Source: Escherichia phage ECML-183-2. From it: a stretch of DNA of 64,000 bases. The position numbers and the translations under genes were made by a program. Below, piece after piece: positions 18,046 through 25,081 of this stretch. Within the stretch, counting starts at the first letter, position 1. Every line of letters begins with the position of its first letter. The notes beneath the pieces are model-generated. The model saw nothing but the letters and a program-made list of their open reading frames with translations. It was not told the origin of the DNA and searched no databases. The stretch lies in the sequence record OL631481.1; one strand, given 5' to 3'.

Positions 18046-18207
18046 TTACTTGTTAGCCGGATCATATACCAGGACCGCGCCGCTTGCTTTCACGCTTTCC
18101 GCTTCATAGTTGCGCAGATCGTTTTCTGTAAGGTTGAGCGCGATCACTTCCTCGATCTCAACGTCAGCGGCAAGGGCGATCTCTTTGATAATGTCTGTTG
18201 TTTTCAT
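18046..18207 (-). CDS. small protein (53 aa)
   Basis: hand-translated MKTTDIIKEIALAADVE...; AAGGTG RBS. Confidence 0.35.
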   Translation of the reverse strand: MKTTDIIKEIALAADVEIEEVIALNLTENDLRNYEAESVKASGAVLVYDPANK

Positions 18208-18217
18208 AGTACGCACC

Positions 18218-18337
18218 TTATAAGATGATTGATAAGATAGTGATAACGAAAGCGATTATACTGATGGCAAATGTCATCTTTTTACCTTCGGATACTGCCG
18301 GATTTTCTACCGTGTATTCTACTGTGTACTTGCTCAT
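18218..18337 (-). CDS. small membrane-anchored peptide (39 aa)
   Basis: hand-translated; GAGAGG RBS; C-terminal hydrophobic helix. Confidence 0.3.
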   Translation of the reverse strand: MSKYTVEYTVENPAVSEGKKMTFAISIIAFVITILSIIL

Positions 18338-18360
18338 CGTGTAATCCTCTCGTTTGCTTT

Positions 18361-18418
18361 GGGAACTATTCCCGCCGCCTTATGAATTAAATATACACTA
18401 TCTCAAAATGATTGCAAG
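18361..18418 (-). promoter_or_regulatory. promoter plus leader-hairpin cassette
   Basis: TTGCAA-N16-TATATT, hairpin GGCGGCGGGAATAGTTCCC. Confidence 0.5.
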
Positions 18419-18434
18419 CCTTTTTCTAAATTAT

Positions 18435-18719
18435 TTATGCAGTAAACAAACCATCATTTACAACGGCGGCGATGATCTCCCGTGCCATTGATTCAGGGAA
18501 AGGGGCGCTATAGTCCTGGCTTGTCTCATCGGTATCAGTGATCCAATGATAAGCTAACGAGTAAAAGCCTTTACTAACTGTTTTCAGTGAGATGATGATC
18601 ACTCGGTCAAGCTTATTGGTGAATGTTGCCGTTAATGTGTTACCCTCCTGCGTCATGTTGGACAAGTAAGCGGGATCATTAATCAGGGAAAACATTAGCA
18701 CGGTGTTAGCTTTACTCAT
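18435..18719 (-). CDS. hypothetical protein (94 aa)
   Basis: track ORF trimmed to ATG (MSKANTV) downstream of hairpin. Confidence 0.5.
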   Translation of the reverse strand: MSKANTVLMFSLINDPAYLSNMTQEGNTLTATFTNKLDRVIIISLKTVSKGFYSLAYHWITDTDETSQDYSAPFPESMAREIIAAVVNDGLFTA

Positions 18720-18737
18720 GATTGCATCCTCAAAGGG

Positions 18738-18794
18738 GCGCGGCACCATTGCCGCCCTACACGATAACTATAACACAATGTAAAACAGGATCAA
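18738..18794 (-). promoter_or_regulatory. promoter plus leader-hairpin cassette
   Basis: TTGATC-N16-TATAGT, hairpin GCGGCAATGGTGCCGC. Confidence 0.55.
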
Positions 18795-18997
18795 CCTTTA
18801 TTTTTCCACGGTGTCAGCTTGTTAATCATTGGTGATAAATAGCGTTTACCAACGTAAAACAGTACGCCAACTGATGCAACGGCGGCGATCTCATGTAAGG
18901 AGGAAGGTCGCGCGGTGTCATAATAGGTACCAATAATAGCAATAGCGGCTACTGCGGCAATGTCTGTAATAATTTTTTCTTGTTTTGCGGTGATCAT
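18791..18997 (-). CDS. small membrane protein (68 aa)
   Basis: track ORF trimmed to ATG (MITAKQ); two hydrophobic segments. Confidence 0.45.
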   Translation of the reverse strand: MITAKQEKIITDIAAVAAIAIIGTYYDTARPSSLHEIAAVASVGVLFYVGKRYLSPMINKLTPWKNKG

Positions 18998-19019
18998 AAT
19001 ATTTACCTTTTTGTATGGT

Positions 19020-19078
19020 GGGGGAACTATTCCCCGCCTGATGTAATACAGTTTAACAGGTCCGGTTATGGTGTCAAC
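19020..19078 (-). promoter_or_regulatory. promoter plus leader-hairpin cassette
   Basis: TTGACA-N16-TAAACT, hairpin GGCGGGGAATAGTTCCCC. Confidence 0.55.
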
Positions 19079-19083
19079 CACTT

Positions 19084-19269
19084 TTAAAGATATTTTATAT
19101 TGATAACGTTTTCAGGTTTAACCTTGTTGTGATGTGCATCAACATAGATCAAACCATCGTCAGAAAAGCCCAGGATCACGCCCTGCGCAATAAAACCGTA
19201 TTCGTCACGGTAACGCACGGCTATTTTTAACGTTGCGTTGTAGGCTGTTTTAAGCTCGTTTAAAGTCAT
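19084..19269 (-). CDS. hypothetical protein (61 aa)
   Basis: AGAGGA RBS. Confidence 0.45.
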   Translation of the reverse strand: MTLNELKTAYNATLKIAVRYRDEYGFIAQGVILGFSDDGLIYVDAHHNKVKPENVINIKYL

Positions 19270-19290
19270 TTTTGTTTATCCTCTACATGT

Positions 19291-19318
19291 AAAAAGAAAG
19301 GGCGCTTGGTGCGCCCTT
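19291..19318 (-). terminator. intra-array terminator or attenuator hairpin
   Basis: hairpin AAGGGCGC-accaa-GCGCCCTT followed by TTTCTTTTT on the minus strand. Confidence 0.4.
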
Positions 19319-19324
19319 GTTATG

Positions 19325-19471
19325 TTAATCCTCTAAATCCATCCAATTATATTTGTCACTCTTCCCGCGCTTTGTTTTATTACGCTTGTCGCCTTTTCGG
19401 ATCACTTCCTCGTTCCAGGCCTTGCGGATCTTGGAAGATTGAATTTTTTCTGCGCGATTAGATGTATTCAT
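19325..19471 (-). CDS. small basic protein (48 aa)
   Basis: hand-translated MNTSNRAEKIQSSKIRK...; AAGAGGA RBS. Confidence 0.35.
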   Translation of the reverse strand: MNTSNRAEKIQSSKIRKAWNEEVIRKGDKRNKTKRGKSDKYNWMDLED

Positions 19472-19491
19472 TTTGTTTCCTCTTTATATGA

Positions 19492-19544
19492 GCGGCACCA
19501 TTGCCGCTATATTATTAATTTAAACTGTTTTGTAAAATTGTCAA
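19492..19544 (-). promoter_or_regulatory. promoter plus leader-hairpin cassette
   Basis: TTGACA-N16-TAAATT, hairpin GCGGCAATGGTGCCGC. Confidence 0.5.
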
Positions 19545-19550
19545 GGTTTA

Positions 19551-19904
19551 TCATTGATAAGAGCAAGCAAGGATCACGCCTGCAATATAAAGCCAATAAT
19601 TTTCCCTTTCTCGTTGGATTTTATCATCGCTGCTATTCTCTTTAATGTATCCCCAGGATGTTAACAGGCGATCAATTTCCCAATATTCGAAAGCGATATT
19701 GATATCTGATGGCAAGCCTTGTAACCATGATGCAAGTGCTTTAACAATACTATAATTAAAACGTGATTGGTTATCAGGGTACCAGTACTCGGAATTAAAA
19801 CGGTGCATCAATTCCGCGATCTTCTCTTTTTCGGTTGTAATACCGTAATCATTAAAATCGATAGCGGCAAGGATGTACTCTTTAATTGCATTTTGTGCTT
19901 TCAT
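19551..19904 (-). CDS. hypothetical protein (117 aa)
   Basis: AAGAGAGAAAG RBS. Confidence 0.5.
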   Translation of the reverse strand: MKAQNAIKEYILAAIDFNDYGITTEKEKIAELMHRFNSEYWYPDNQSRFNYSIVKALASWLQGLPSDINIAFEYWEIDRLLTSWGYIKENSSDDKIQRERENYWLYIAGVILACSYQ

Positions 19905-19922
19905 GGTCTTTCTCTCTTTTTG

Positions 19923-19979
19923 AGCGGGAACTATTCCCGCCCTACGTGTAACAGTTTACTAAAAATTAAATCCGTGTCA
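19923..19979 (-). promoter_or_regulatory. promoter plus leader-hairpin cassette
   Basis: TTGACA-N16-TAAACT, ACGTAGGG, hairpin GCGGGAATAGTTCCCGC. Confidence 0.6.
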
Positions 19980-19983
19980 AGCT

Positions 19984-20205
19984 TTATTTTGTTACTACCA
20001 TTTGGTACCCTGTTTCAATGTTAGTAAATACTGTTATCCCGTCCTGGCGTTCACTCATTAGCATACAAGGCGCTAACATCCTTTCTACTGCCTTGCACTC
20101 ATTGTAAACGGCGGTTATGTCTCCTGCGGCCTTGTCTTCTGTGGTGAATGTATCGTTTACGTAAACCTGACCAGCGACAACGGCGACAATAGCGAAAGTG
20201 ATCAT
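19984..20205 (-). CDS. hypothetical protein (73 aa)
   Basis: starts MITFA; AAGGAA RBS. Confidence 0.45.
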   Translation of the reverse strand: MITFAIVAVVAGQVYVNDTFTTEDKAAGDITAVYNECKAVERMLAPCMLMSERQDGITVFTNIETGYQMVVTK

Positions 20206-20240
20206 GATGTTTCCTTGTTAGTAGTGGTTTCTCTTCTCTA

Positions 20241-20276
20241 TAGCGCCCATTGTAAGGCGCTATAACGAAAAGTCAA
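20241..20276 (-). promoter_or_regulatory. variant promoter with -10 inside a hairpin
   Basis: TTGACT-N16-TACAAT; hairpin TATAGCGCC....GGCGCTATA. Confidence 0.4.
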
Positions 20277-20279
20277 CGA

Positions 20280-20447
20280 TTATTTTTTAAGGCTTAAAGT
20301 ACCTAACTTGTCAGCATGACGCAGACCAGGGAAGATCCATTTGCCTGATTCATCTTTCACCGGGGCTTTAAGCGTAGCGCCCAGGTTGGCGGCGTTAACT
20401 TTACGTGCAACGTTGCGAGCGGCTTCACGGGTAGCGAAAGTGATCAT
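20280..20447 (-). CDS. small protein (55 aa)
   Basis: hand-translated MITFATREAARNVARK...; AGAGGA RBS. Confidence 0.35.
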   Translation of the reverse strand: MITFATREAARNVARKVNAANLGATLKAPVKDESGKWIFPGLRHADKLGTLSLKK

Positions 20448-20471
20448 GATATTTTCCTCTTCTCTTTGTTA

Positions 20472-20533
20472 GGCGGTGGACCATTCCGCCGCCTTGATGT
20501 AATACAGTTTACTTTATTTTTGCAGTATTGCAA
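20472..20533 (-). promoter_or_regulatory. promoter plus leader-hairpin cassette
   Basis: TTGCAA-N16-TAAACT, hairpin GGCGGCGGAATGGTCCACCGCC. Confidence 0.5.
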
Positions 20534-20539
20534 GCGGTT

Positions 20540-20752
20540 TTATGAAATAATCGTCAAAGTAAAATTGTAATCACCTGATTGATACAATACTTTATCACCG
20601 AACGTTCCAACACGTTTAACATTGCAATATATACCCATAACACTTTTTACATCTTTGATATTCTTCACGCCTGTAATATCTTTATTAAAATGATCGTGAT
20701 CAGAAAATAAAACTTGTTTTGCATTTTTCAACAAGGTGCGGATATTAGCCAT
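20540..20752 (-). CDS. hypothetical protein (70 aa)
   Basis: downstream of cassette. Confidence 0.5.
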   Translation of the reverse strand: MANIRTLLKNAKQVLFSDHDHFNKDITGVKNIKDVKSVMGIYCNVKRVGTFGDKVLYQSGDYNFTLTIIS

Positions 20753-20775
20753 CGTGATAATCTCTCTTCTGTTGT

Positions 20776-20833
20776 GAGCGGCACTATTGCCGCCCTACGT
20801 AATACAGTTTACTCTTTTTCTTTCCCGTGTCAA
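20776..20833 (-). promoter_or_regulatory. promoter plus leader-hairpin cassette
   Basis: TTGACA-N16-TAAACT, ACGTAGGG, hairpin GCGGCAATAGTGCCGC. Confidence 0.6.
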
Positions 20834-20842
20834 CAATCTTTT

Positions 20843-21070
20843 TCAGATTAATTCATCCAGGCATAACAGGCGATCAACGTTGAGATCGGTTAGGCTGATG
20901 GTTGGCACCTGGTAGGATTCGATGTACTCGACGCTCGCATATTCTCCAAAATTAGCAATAGCCCACTTATTCAAGATCTCACATACATCATTAATCTTTT
21001 TGTTTGTTACAACTGCTACAACCTGGGAACTGCCAACGGTGCCGGATACACGAACAATATTGATAGCCAT
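20843..21070 (-). CDS. hypothetical protein (75 aa)
   Basis: downstream of cassette. Confidence 0.5.
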   Translation of the reverse strand: MAINIVRVSGTVGSSQVVAVVTNKKINDVCEILNKWAIANFGEYASVEYIESYQVPTISLTDLNVDRLLCLDELI

Positions 21071-21092
21071 AATCTTTAATCTCTCTGTTGTT

Positions 21093-21152
21093 GGCGGGAA
21101 ACCATTTCCCGCCCTATGTGATACATCTTACACTAATTTTAAACGTTGTCAA
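21093..21152 (-). promoter_or_regulatory. promoter plus leader-hairpin cassette
   Basis: TTGACA-N16-TAAGAT, gtatcACATAGGG, hairpin GGCGGGAAATGGTTTCCCGCC. Confidence 0.6.
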
Positions 21153-21162
21153 CTGTTTTTTA

Positions 21163-21402
21163 TTACATTCCAACCATCGCGGCACGGATCGCAGTAGTGC
21201 TATATTTGAAACCGTCTGGAGTTTTATCTTGTCCAGTTTGTTCCAGAAAAAGCATCATATCCCGCGCCGCATCATTACGATTAGCATTAGCGTTAATAAA
21301 ATCCAAGGCCAACCGATACAATGATTCATCGTTATTAATCCAAAGGCTTACATTCCAATGAGTTTTGTTTTTGTGACCGTTGTACATTTTAGATTTAGCC
21401 AT
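21163..21402 (-). CDS. hypothetical protein (79 aa)
   Basis: downstream of cassette. Confidence 0.5.
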   Translation of the reverse strand: MAKSKMYNGHKNKTHWNVSLWINNDESLYRLALDFINANANRNDAARDMMLFLEQTGQDKTPDGFKYSTTAIRAAMVGM

Positions 21403-21426
21403 GATTTTTCTCTCTTTTTCAGTGAG

Positions 21427-21485
21427 GCGGGAAGTGTTCCCGCTCTCTATGTAATACAGTTTACTCTTTTTATTCGTGCTGTCAA
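21427..21485 (-). promoter_or_regulatory. promoter plus leader-hairpin cassette
   Basis: TTGACA-N16-TAAACT, hairpin GCGGGAACACTTCCCGC. Confidence 0.55.
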
Positions 21486-21491
21486 TGCTTT

Positions 21492-21857
21492 TTATAAATC
21501 TTTTTTACGTTTTACATCGCTTGCATGACTGTATACAGTGATCCCATTGTCACGGCAAAAACGGGAAAGATACGCGCCGCGTGAAAATTCCTTGCCCTCA
21601 AGGTTGATAACCTTGCTAAATTCTTCCAGGGCGACGGTATCAAAATGATCACCATAGCCATATTGAAACGGAACGTTAACCACCTCGATCAGTTTACCGC
21701 CGATCTCAACGTCAACCAGTAAAGAAAAATATGTGTTACCGTAGGACTGTTGAAACCAGCGACGGGCACTAATATGCACCGCCTCAATGCTGGATAATTC
21801 AATTTTAGCCGTGTTAGCCAGGGTAGCATAAGCGGAAACATTGATATTAATAGCCAT
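21492..21857 (-). CDS. hypothetical protein (121 aa)
   Basis: downstream of cassette. Confidence 0.5.
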   Translation of the reverse strand: MAININVSAYATLANTAKIELSSIEAVHISARRWFQQSYGNTYFSLLVDVEIGGKLIEVVNVPFQYGYGDHFDTVALEEFSKVINLEGKEFSRGAYLSRFCRDNGITVYSHASDVKRKKDL

Positions 21858-21883
21858 GGTGTCACTCTCTCTTTTTGGTTAGT

Positions 21884-21935
21884 GGGAAGTATTCCCGATA
21901 AAAGTTATTATGCTTATACTATCACTCATTGTCAA
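21884..21935 (-). promoter_or_regulatory. promoter plus leader-hairpin cassette
   Basis: TTGACA-N17-CATAAT, hairpin GGGAATACTTCCC. Confidence 0.5.
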
Positions 21936-21954
21936 TAGTATAAGACTAAAACTT

Positions 21955-22134
21955 TTAACGATAATCATTATAGGCTTTATTGACCTGGCGAATGTAACAT
22001 TCGAAAGCAAGATCAATGTATTCGTATTCACGCACATAATCACCATAGGTCACTACATACATTTTTAAAGTTTCCTCATAAGCCAGGAGGATCGAATCTA
22101 AACCTATAATCTCAGTTTTTGCAATGATAGCCAT
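21955..22134 (-). CDS. small protein (59 aa)
   Basis: hand-translated MAIIAKTEIIGLDS...; below the 60-aa cutoff of the supplied track. Confidence 0.4.
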   Translation of the reverse strand: MAIIAKTEIIGLDSILLAYEETLKMYVVTYGDYVREYEYIDLAFECYIRQVNKAYNDYR

Positions 22135-22155
22135 GATGTTAACCTTTTATTGTTG

Positions 22156-22211
22156 GCGGCACCATTGCCGCCCTACGTGATAAACTATACCAGAAGTTTA
22201 AACAGTGTCAA
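22156..22211 (-). promoter_or_regulatory. promoter plus leader-hairpin cassette
   Basis: TTGACA-N16-TATAGT, ttatcACGTAGGG, hairpin GCGGCAATGGTGCCGC. Confidence 0.6.
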
Positions 22212-22217
22212 CCGTTT

Positions 22218-22580
22218 TTATTCGTAAATTTTACCGCTTTCGGCCCATACCATAACGCGGCGCATACTATCCCAAGTGTTTTGATCCAGGTTTAAGCCGT
22301 GCAACTCTTCGGTACTTCCCAGACCAGGTACCGCTTTGTTGTAAGTCGCATATAAGCGCCCTTGATACTCATACGCCAGAGTAAGATCCGTTTGAATCAT
22401 CTTTTTAAGCATAGCATTAAGCATCATATTAGCGGCATGTTGATCACGTTTTAGCGGTAACATGTCAATAAGGGCGCGATAAGCTGAAACATGAATATCA
22501 ACCGTTTCACGTGGTAAATTTTTCATATCATCGCGGAAGGACACCAGGTTTAACATGATAGTATTGATTTGCTTGCTCAT
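22218..22580 (-). CDS. hypothetical protein (120 aa)
   Basis: downstream of cassette. Confidence 0.5.
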   Translation of the reverse strand: MSKQINTIMLNLVSFRDDMKNLPRETVDIHVSAYRALIDMLPLKRDQHAANMMLNAMLKKMIQTDLTLAYEYQGRLYATYNKAVPGLGSTEELHGLNLDQNTWDSMRRVMVWAESGKIYE

Positions 22581-22601
22581 TGTGTTACCCTTTTTTGTTT
22601 T

Positions 22602-22662
22602 GGCGGGGAAGTATTCCGCCGCCCTATGTGATACATCTTATCAGATTAAAAAACGTTGTCAA
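22602..22662 (-). promoter_or_regulatory. promoter plus leader-hairpin cassette
   Basis: TTGACA-N16-TAAGAT, gtatcACATAGGG, hairpin GGCGGCGGAATACTTCCCCGCC. Confidence 0.6.
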
Positions 22663-22670
22663 GAATATTT

Positions 22671-22766
22671 TTAGAAAATAATAGCCGCTACTACAATCCA
22701 AAATGGAACGGCTAGAATGATAGCGTTAATCGTTCCAACCGTCAAGCTATTTTCTTTATTAATCAT
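22671..22766 (-). CDS. micro membrane peptide (31 aa) with its own cassette
   Basis: hand-translated MINKENSLTVGTINAIILAVPFWIVVAAIIF; AAGAGG RBS. Confidence 0.25.
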   Translation of the reverse strand: MINKENSLTVGTINAIILAVPFWIVVAAIIF

Positions 22767-22795
22767 TGTAAGCCTCTTGCATAATTTCACTATGA

Positions 22796-22852
22796 GCGGC
22801 ACCATTGCCGCCCTACGTGGTAAATATTATGCCAGTGGCGGCGATATGTCAA
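22796..22852 (-). promoter_or_regulatory. promoter plus leader-hairpin cassette
   Basis: TTGACA-N17-TAATAT, ttaccACGTAGGG, hairpin GCGGCAATGGTGCCGC. Confidence 0.6.
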
Positions 22853-23406
22853 AGACTATTTTCAAAGTTTTCTAGTGCGATCCTTTTTTCTTCCTCTGTC
22901 GGCTGATAATCAGGAAAAGCATCAACACACAACAACGGCGGGATCTCTTCGTACTCTTCCTCTTCCGTTGTCTCCTCGTCTTCCTCCTGGGCTATGGCTG
23001 CAATTTTGGCTAATTTTCTTTCAGCTTGAATCAATTTACCATCAAGTACGTTTTTTGCCATGTTGTAAGCGGTCCAGGTGATGCGCTTACTTTCCAGTGC
23101 TTGATCAAGCGCCGCTATCTTGCTGGGGTATTCATCCAGGACACGAAAAGCCGGATCAACTTTGTACAAAGGATTATCTTTCGCGCCGTCGCTCGCATCT
23201 TCCGCACTGGATAAATCAGCGTTACCATTTGCCAGCCAGCCAGGGCGCACATAACGCGCTTTTACGTTGCCGTTACTACGTGCTAATCTGTTACCTATTT
23301 GCTCACCACTATATCCCGTGGATTCATCGATAAGATGATCGGGAATGATGCGCGGATCATCTGCTTCATGTTTTACCCAAGACTGGATCACATATTCGCG
23401 GCCCAT
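22849..23406 (-). CDS. hypothetical protein with acidic C-terminal tail (185 aa)
   Basis: start moved to ATG (MGREY) after GGTGG RBS. Confidence 0.5.
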   Translation of the reverse strand: MGREYVIQSWVKHEADDPRIIPDHLIDESTGYSGEQIGNRLARSNGNVKARYVRPGWLANGNADLSSAEDASDGAKDNPLYKVDPAFRVLDEYPSKIAALDQALESKRITWTAYNMAKNVLDGKLIQAERKLAKIAAIAQEEDEETTEEEEYEEIPPLLCVDAFPDYQPTEEEKRIALENFENSL

Positions 23407-23407
23407 A

Positions 23408-23665
23408 TTAACCACCTTTTTTCAACAATTGGCATACTTTAAAAAGACTTGCTGAATCCTTGCAAGGGTAGAAAGATGTACGATAATCACGTACGCCAAC
23501 CTTGCGGATCTCGATGTTCTCGCATGTTGTTTGATCAAAGATATTTATTTCATCACGCCCCCTTATATAAACATAGTGGGGATGTATTAACGCATATTTT
23601 GCTAATCTGTAAAAAGCGTTATCTTTGAACGCGATCACGTGACCTTTTAATTTGATGTAAAACAT
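23408..23665 (-). CDS. hypothetical protein (85 aa)
   Basis: GGTGG RBS; downstream of cassette. Confidence 0.5.
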   Translation of the reverse strand: MFYIKLKGHVIAFKDNAFYRLAKYALIHPHYVYIRGRDEINIFDQTTCENIEIRKVGVRDYRTSFYPCKDSASLFKVCQLLKKGG

Positions 23666-23683
23666 TCTACCACCTTACAAATA

Positions 23684-23738
23684 GCGGGAACTATTCCCGC
23701 TTTATGTAACATATTAACAAATTATTCGTTAATGTCAA
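23684..23738 (-). promoter_or_regulatory. promoter plus leader-hairpin cassette
   Basis: TTGACA-N16-TAATAT, hairpin GCGGGAATAGTTCCCGC. Confidence 0.55.
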
Positions 23739-23741
23739 ACC

Positions 23742-24014
23742 TTAAAGCAAAAACGCTACATCTTGCGCTTTTAGTGTAGTATCAACCATTTTCGGGCTTT
23801 TATAATCAACAAAGCGCGCGGTTTTTTCAATAGCGAAACCGAGATAATCTTGTTTATTGAATTTACATTCTTTCTTAAATGTTTCCCGCGCCACGGTGAT
23901 CGCTGCGTCCAGGGATAAACGCCCGTCAATGTTGATATTTGCGAAAGATCCGCCACCGCTCATAGGTTTACCAGTGGTGCCAGCTACGATCATTGTTGCG
24001 CTATATGATGCCAT
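23742..24014 (-). CDS. hypothetical protein (90 aa)
   Basis: track ORF trimmed to ATG (MASYSA) downstream of hairpin. Confidence 0.5.
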   Translation of the reverse strand: MASYSATMIVAGTTGKPMSGGGSFANINIDGRLSLDAAITVARETFKKECKFNKQDYLGFAIEKTARFVDYKSPKMVDTTLKAQDVAFLL

Positions 24015-24038
24015 GATTATAATCTCTCTTCTGTTGTG

Positions 24039-24100
24039 AGCGGCTGGACCATTCCGCCGCCCTATGTGATACATCTTATCAGGTTGTTGTTTGTTGTCAA
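24039..24100 (-). promoter_or_regulatory. promoter plus leader-hairpin cassette
   Basis: TTGACA-N16-TAAGAT, gtatcACATAGGG, hairpin GGCGGCGGAATGGTCCAGCCGC. Confidence 0.6.
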
Positions 24101-24106
24101 TACTTT

Positions 24107-24304
24107 TTATTCTATTCCTGCAATTTGATTAACGCGCTTGCATTTTGTAGCGTGCTGGTCTTCTGTAATGACTCCCATTTCTAACAGGGAATCAATGAAA
24201 GATAAAACCGTTTCATGATCATCCTGGGGATGACTGAACTCAGTAAAACCGTTTACCACGACGCTGATTTGTCCTGCTTTCGCTACTATGTGCAATGTTG
24301 CCAT
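24107..24304 (-). CDS. hypothetical protein (65 aa)
   Basis: track ORF trimmed to ATG (MATLHIV) downstream of hairpin. Confidence 0.5.
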   Translation of the reverse strand: MATLHIVAKAGQISVVVNGFTEFSHPQDDHETVLSFIDSLLEMGVITEDQHATKCKRVNQIAGIE

Positions 24305-24325
24305 GATTTTAACTCCAAATAATGA

Positions 24326-24382
24326 GCGGCACCATTGCCGCCCTACGTGGTAAATATTATGCCGCCACCTGGCGAACGTCAA
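24326..24382 (-). promoter_or_regulatory. promoter plus leader-hairpin cassette (first of array)
   Basis: TTGACG-N17-TAATAT, ttaccACGTAGGG, hairpin GCGGCAATGGTGCCGC. Confidence 0.55.
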
Positions 24383-24491
24383 TCACTTTTTCAATCTTTT
24401 TTATTTTCTTTTTGCTTGCTATATATAAAAGAAAGGGCTATCATCTTTCTACCGCGCCAACCAGGGCGCACATCAAAGAAAGGGCGATACC

Positions 24492-24758
24492 ATGACAAAT
24501 ACTACATTACACCTTATGCACTCATTGGGCTGGCAAGGCGGCACGGTGCACCAGGTAGCAAGCGCAACGGGCTTAAAGGTTGAAACAGTTCTCAACCTGG
24601 GCGATCATAAGGTGGAAGAAATAGATCATTTTGATACGTTCGCAAATGGTTATCTATGGGCTTGCAGTGGCGGCGGGGAAAGCAAGATACCACCAGGGGC
24701 GCGGGGCGATATGTATTTTTGGTTAGGTGTCCTATCCTGGCAAGAAAACAAAAAATAA
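24492..24758 (+). CDS. hypothetical protein (88 aa), possible small DNA-binding regulator
   Basis: only plus-strand ORF at the head of the array; AAGGG RBS; candidate extended -10 (TGcTATATA) upstream. Confidence 0.4.
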   Translation: MTNTTLHLMHSLGWQGGTVHQVASATGLKVETVLNLGDHKVEEIDHFDTFANGYLWACSGGGESKIPPGARGDMYFWLGVLSWQENKK

Positions 24759-24760
24759 TC

Positions 24761-24789
24761 TTGACAAGCCCAGGGATCGGGCTTATACT
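24761..24789 (+). promoter_or_regulatory. sigma70-like promoter with no CDS downstream
   Basis: TTGACA-N17-TATACT on the plus strand. Confidence 0.5.
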
Positions 24790-24795
24790 GTTTTA

Positions 24796-24900
24796 CATAC
24801 AGAAGAGGAAGCGCCACCCCACGGCGTAAAGGCGGGGCTAACATACCAGGGGGGGCACTGGTTGGAAGGTTGATCGCCGGTAGGCTGGGCGCTATATATT
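24796..24900 (+). ncRNA. candidate small structured RNA (GC-rich island)
   Basis: begins after promoter 24761-24789; GC-rich with paired GCGCC / GGCGC ends, followed by TATATATTT; no ORF with RBS. Confidence 0.3.
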
Positions 24901-25023
24901 TGTAAAGAAATGTAAAGATAAAATAATCGCTTGCTTTCCTGGCTGGATCTGTTATTCTTATTACATGGCGAGGGGACACGGGAGCGCGAGACAAACACCG
25001 CCCCTGCGCGTCATTCTCTAAAT

Positions 25024-25042
25024 GAGAATGATTATCATTTAC
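25024..25042. promoter_or_regulatory. Fur-box-like palindromic site
   Basis: GAGAATGATTATCATTTAC, 15 of 19 matches to Fur consensus; flanked by inverted repeat TCATTCTC / GAGAATGA. Confidence 0.3.
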
Positions 25043-25081
25043 CTTATCAAATAAGAATCAATCTCATTTATAAACCTAAAT

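Noticed and set aside
14364-24400. Regularly spaced repeats that could superficially suggest a CRISPR array
   Set aside because: The repeats are promoter plus hairpin cassettes of about 55 bp, the intervening segments are 200-500 bp and encode proteins with RBSs, and repeat sequences vary; not CRISPR architecture.
24650-24998. Protein-coding ORFs 24650-24994 and 24783-24998 (minus) and 24931-25149 (plus) in the GC-rich island
   Set aside because: No RBS or start context, mutually overlapping on both strands, proline/arginine-rich translations typical of GC-rich non-coding sequence; treated as a candidate RNA element instead.
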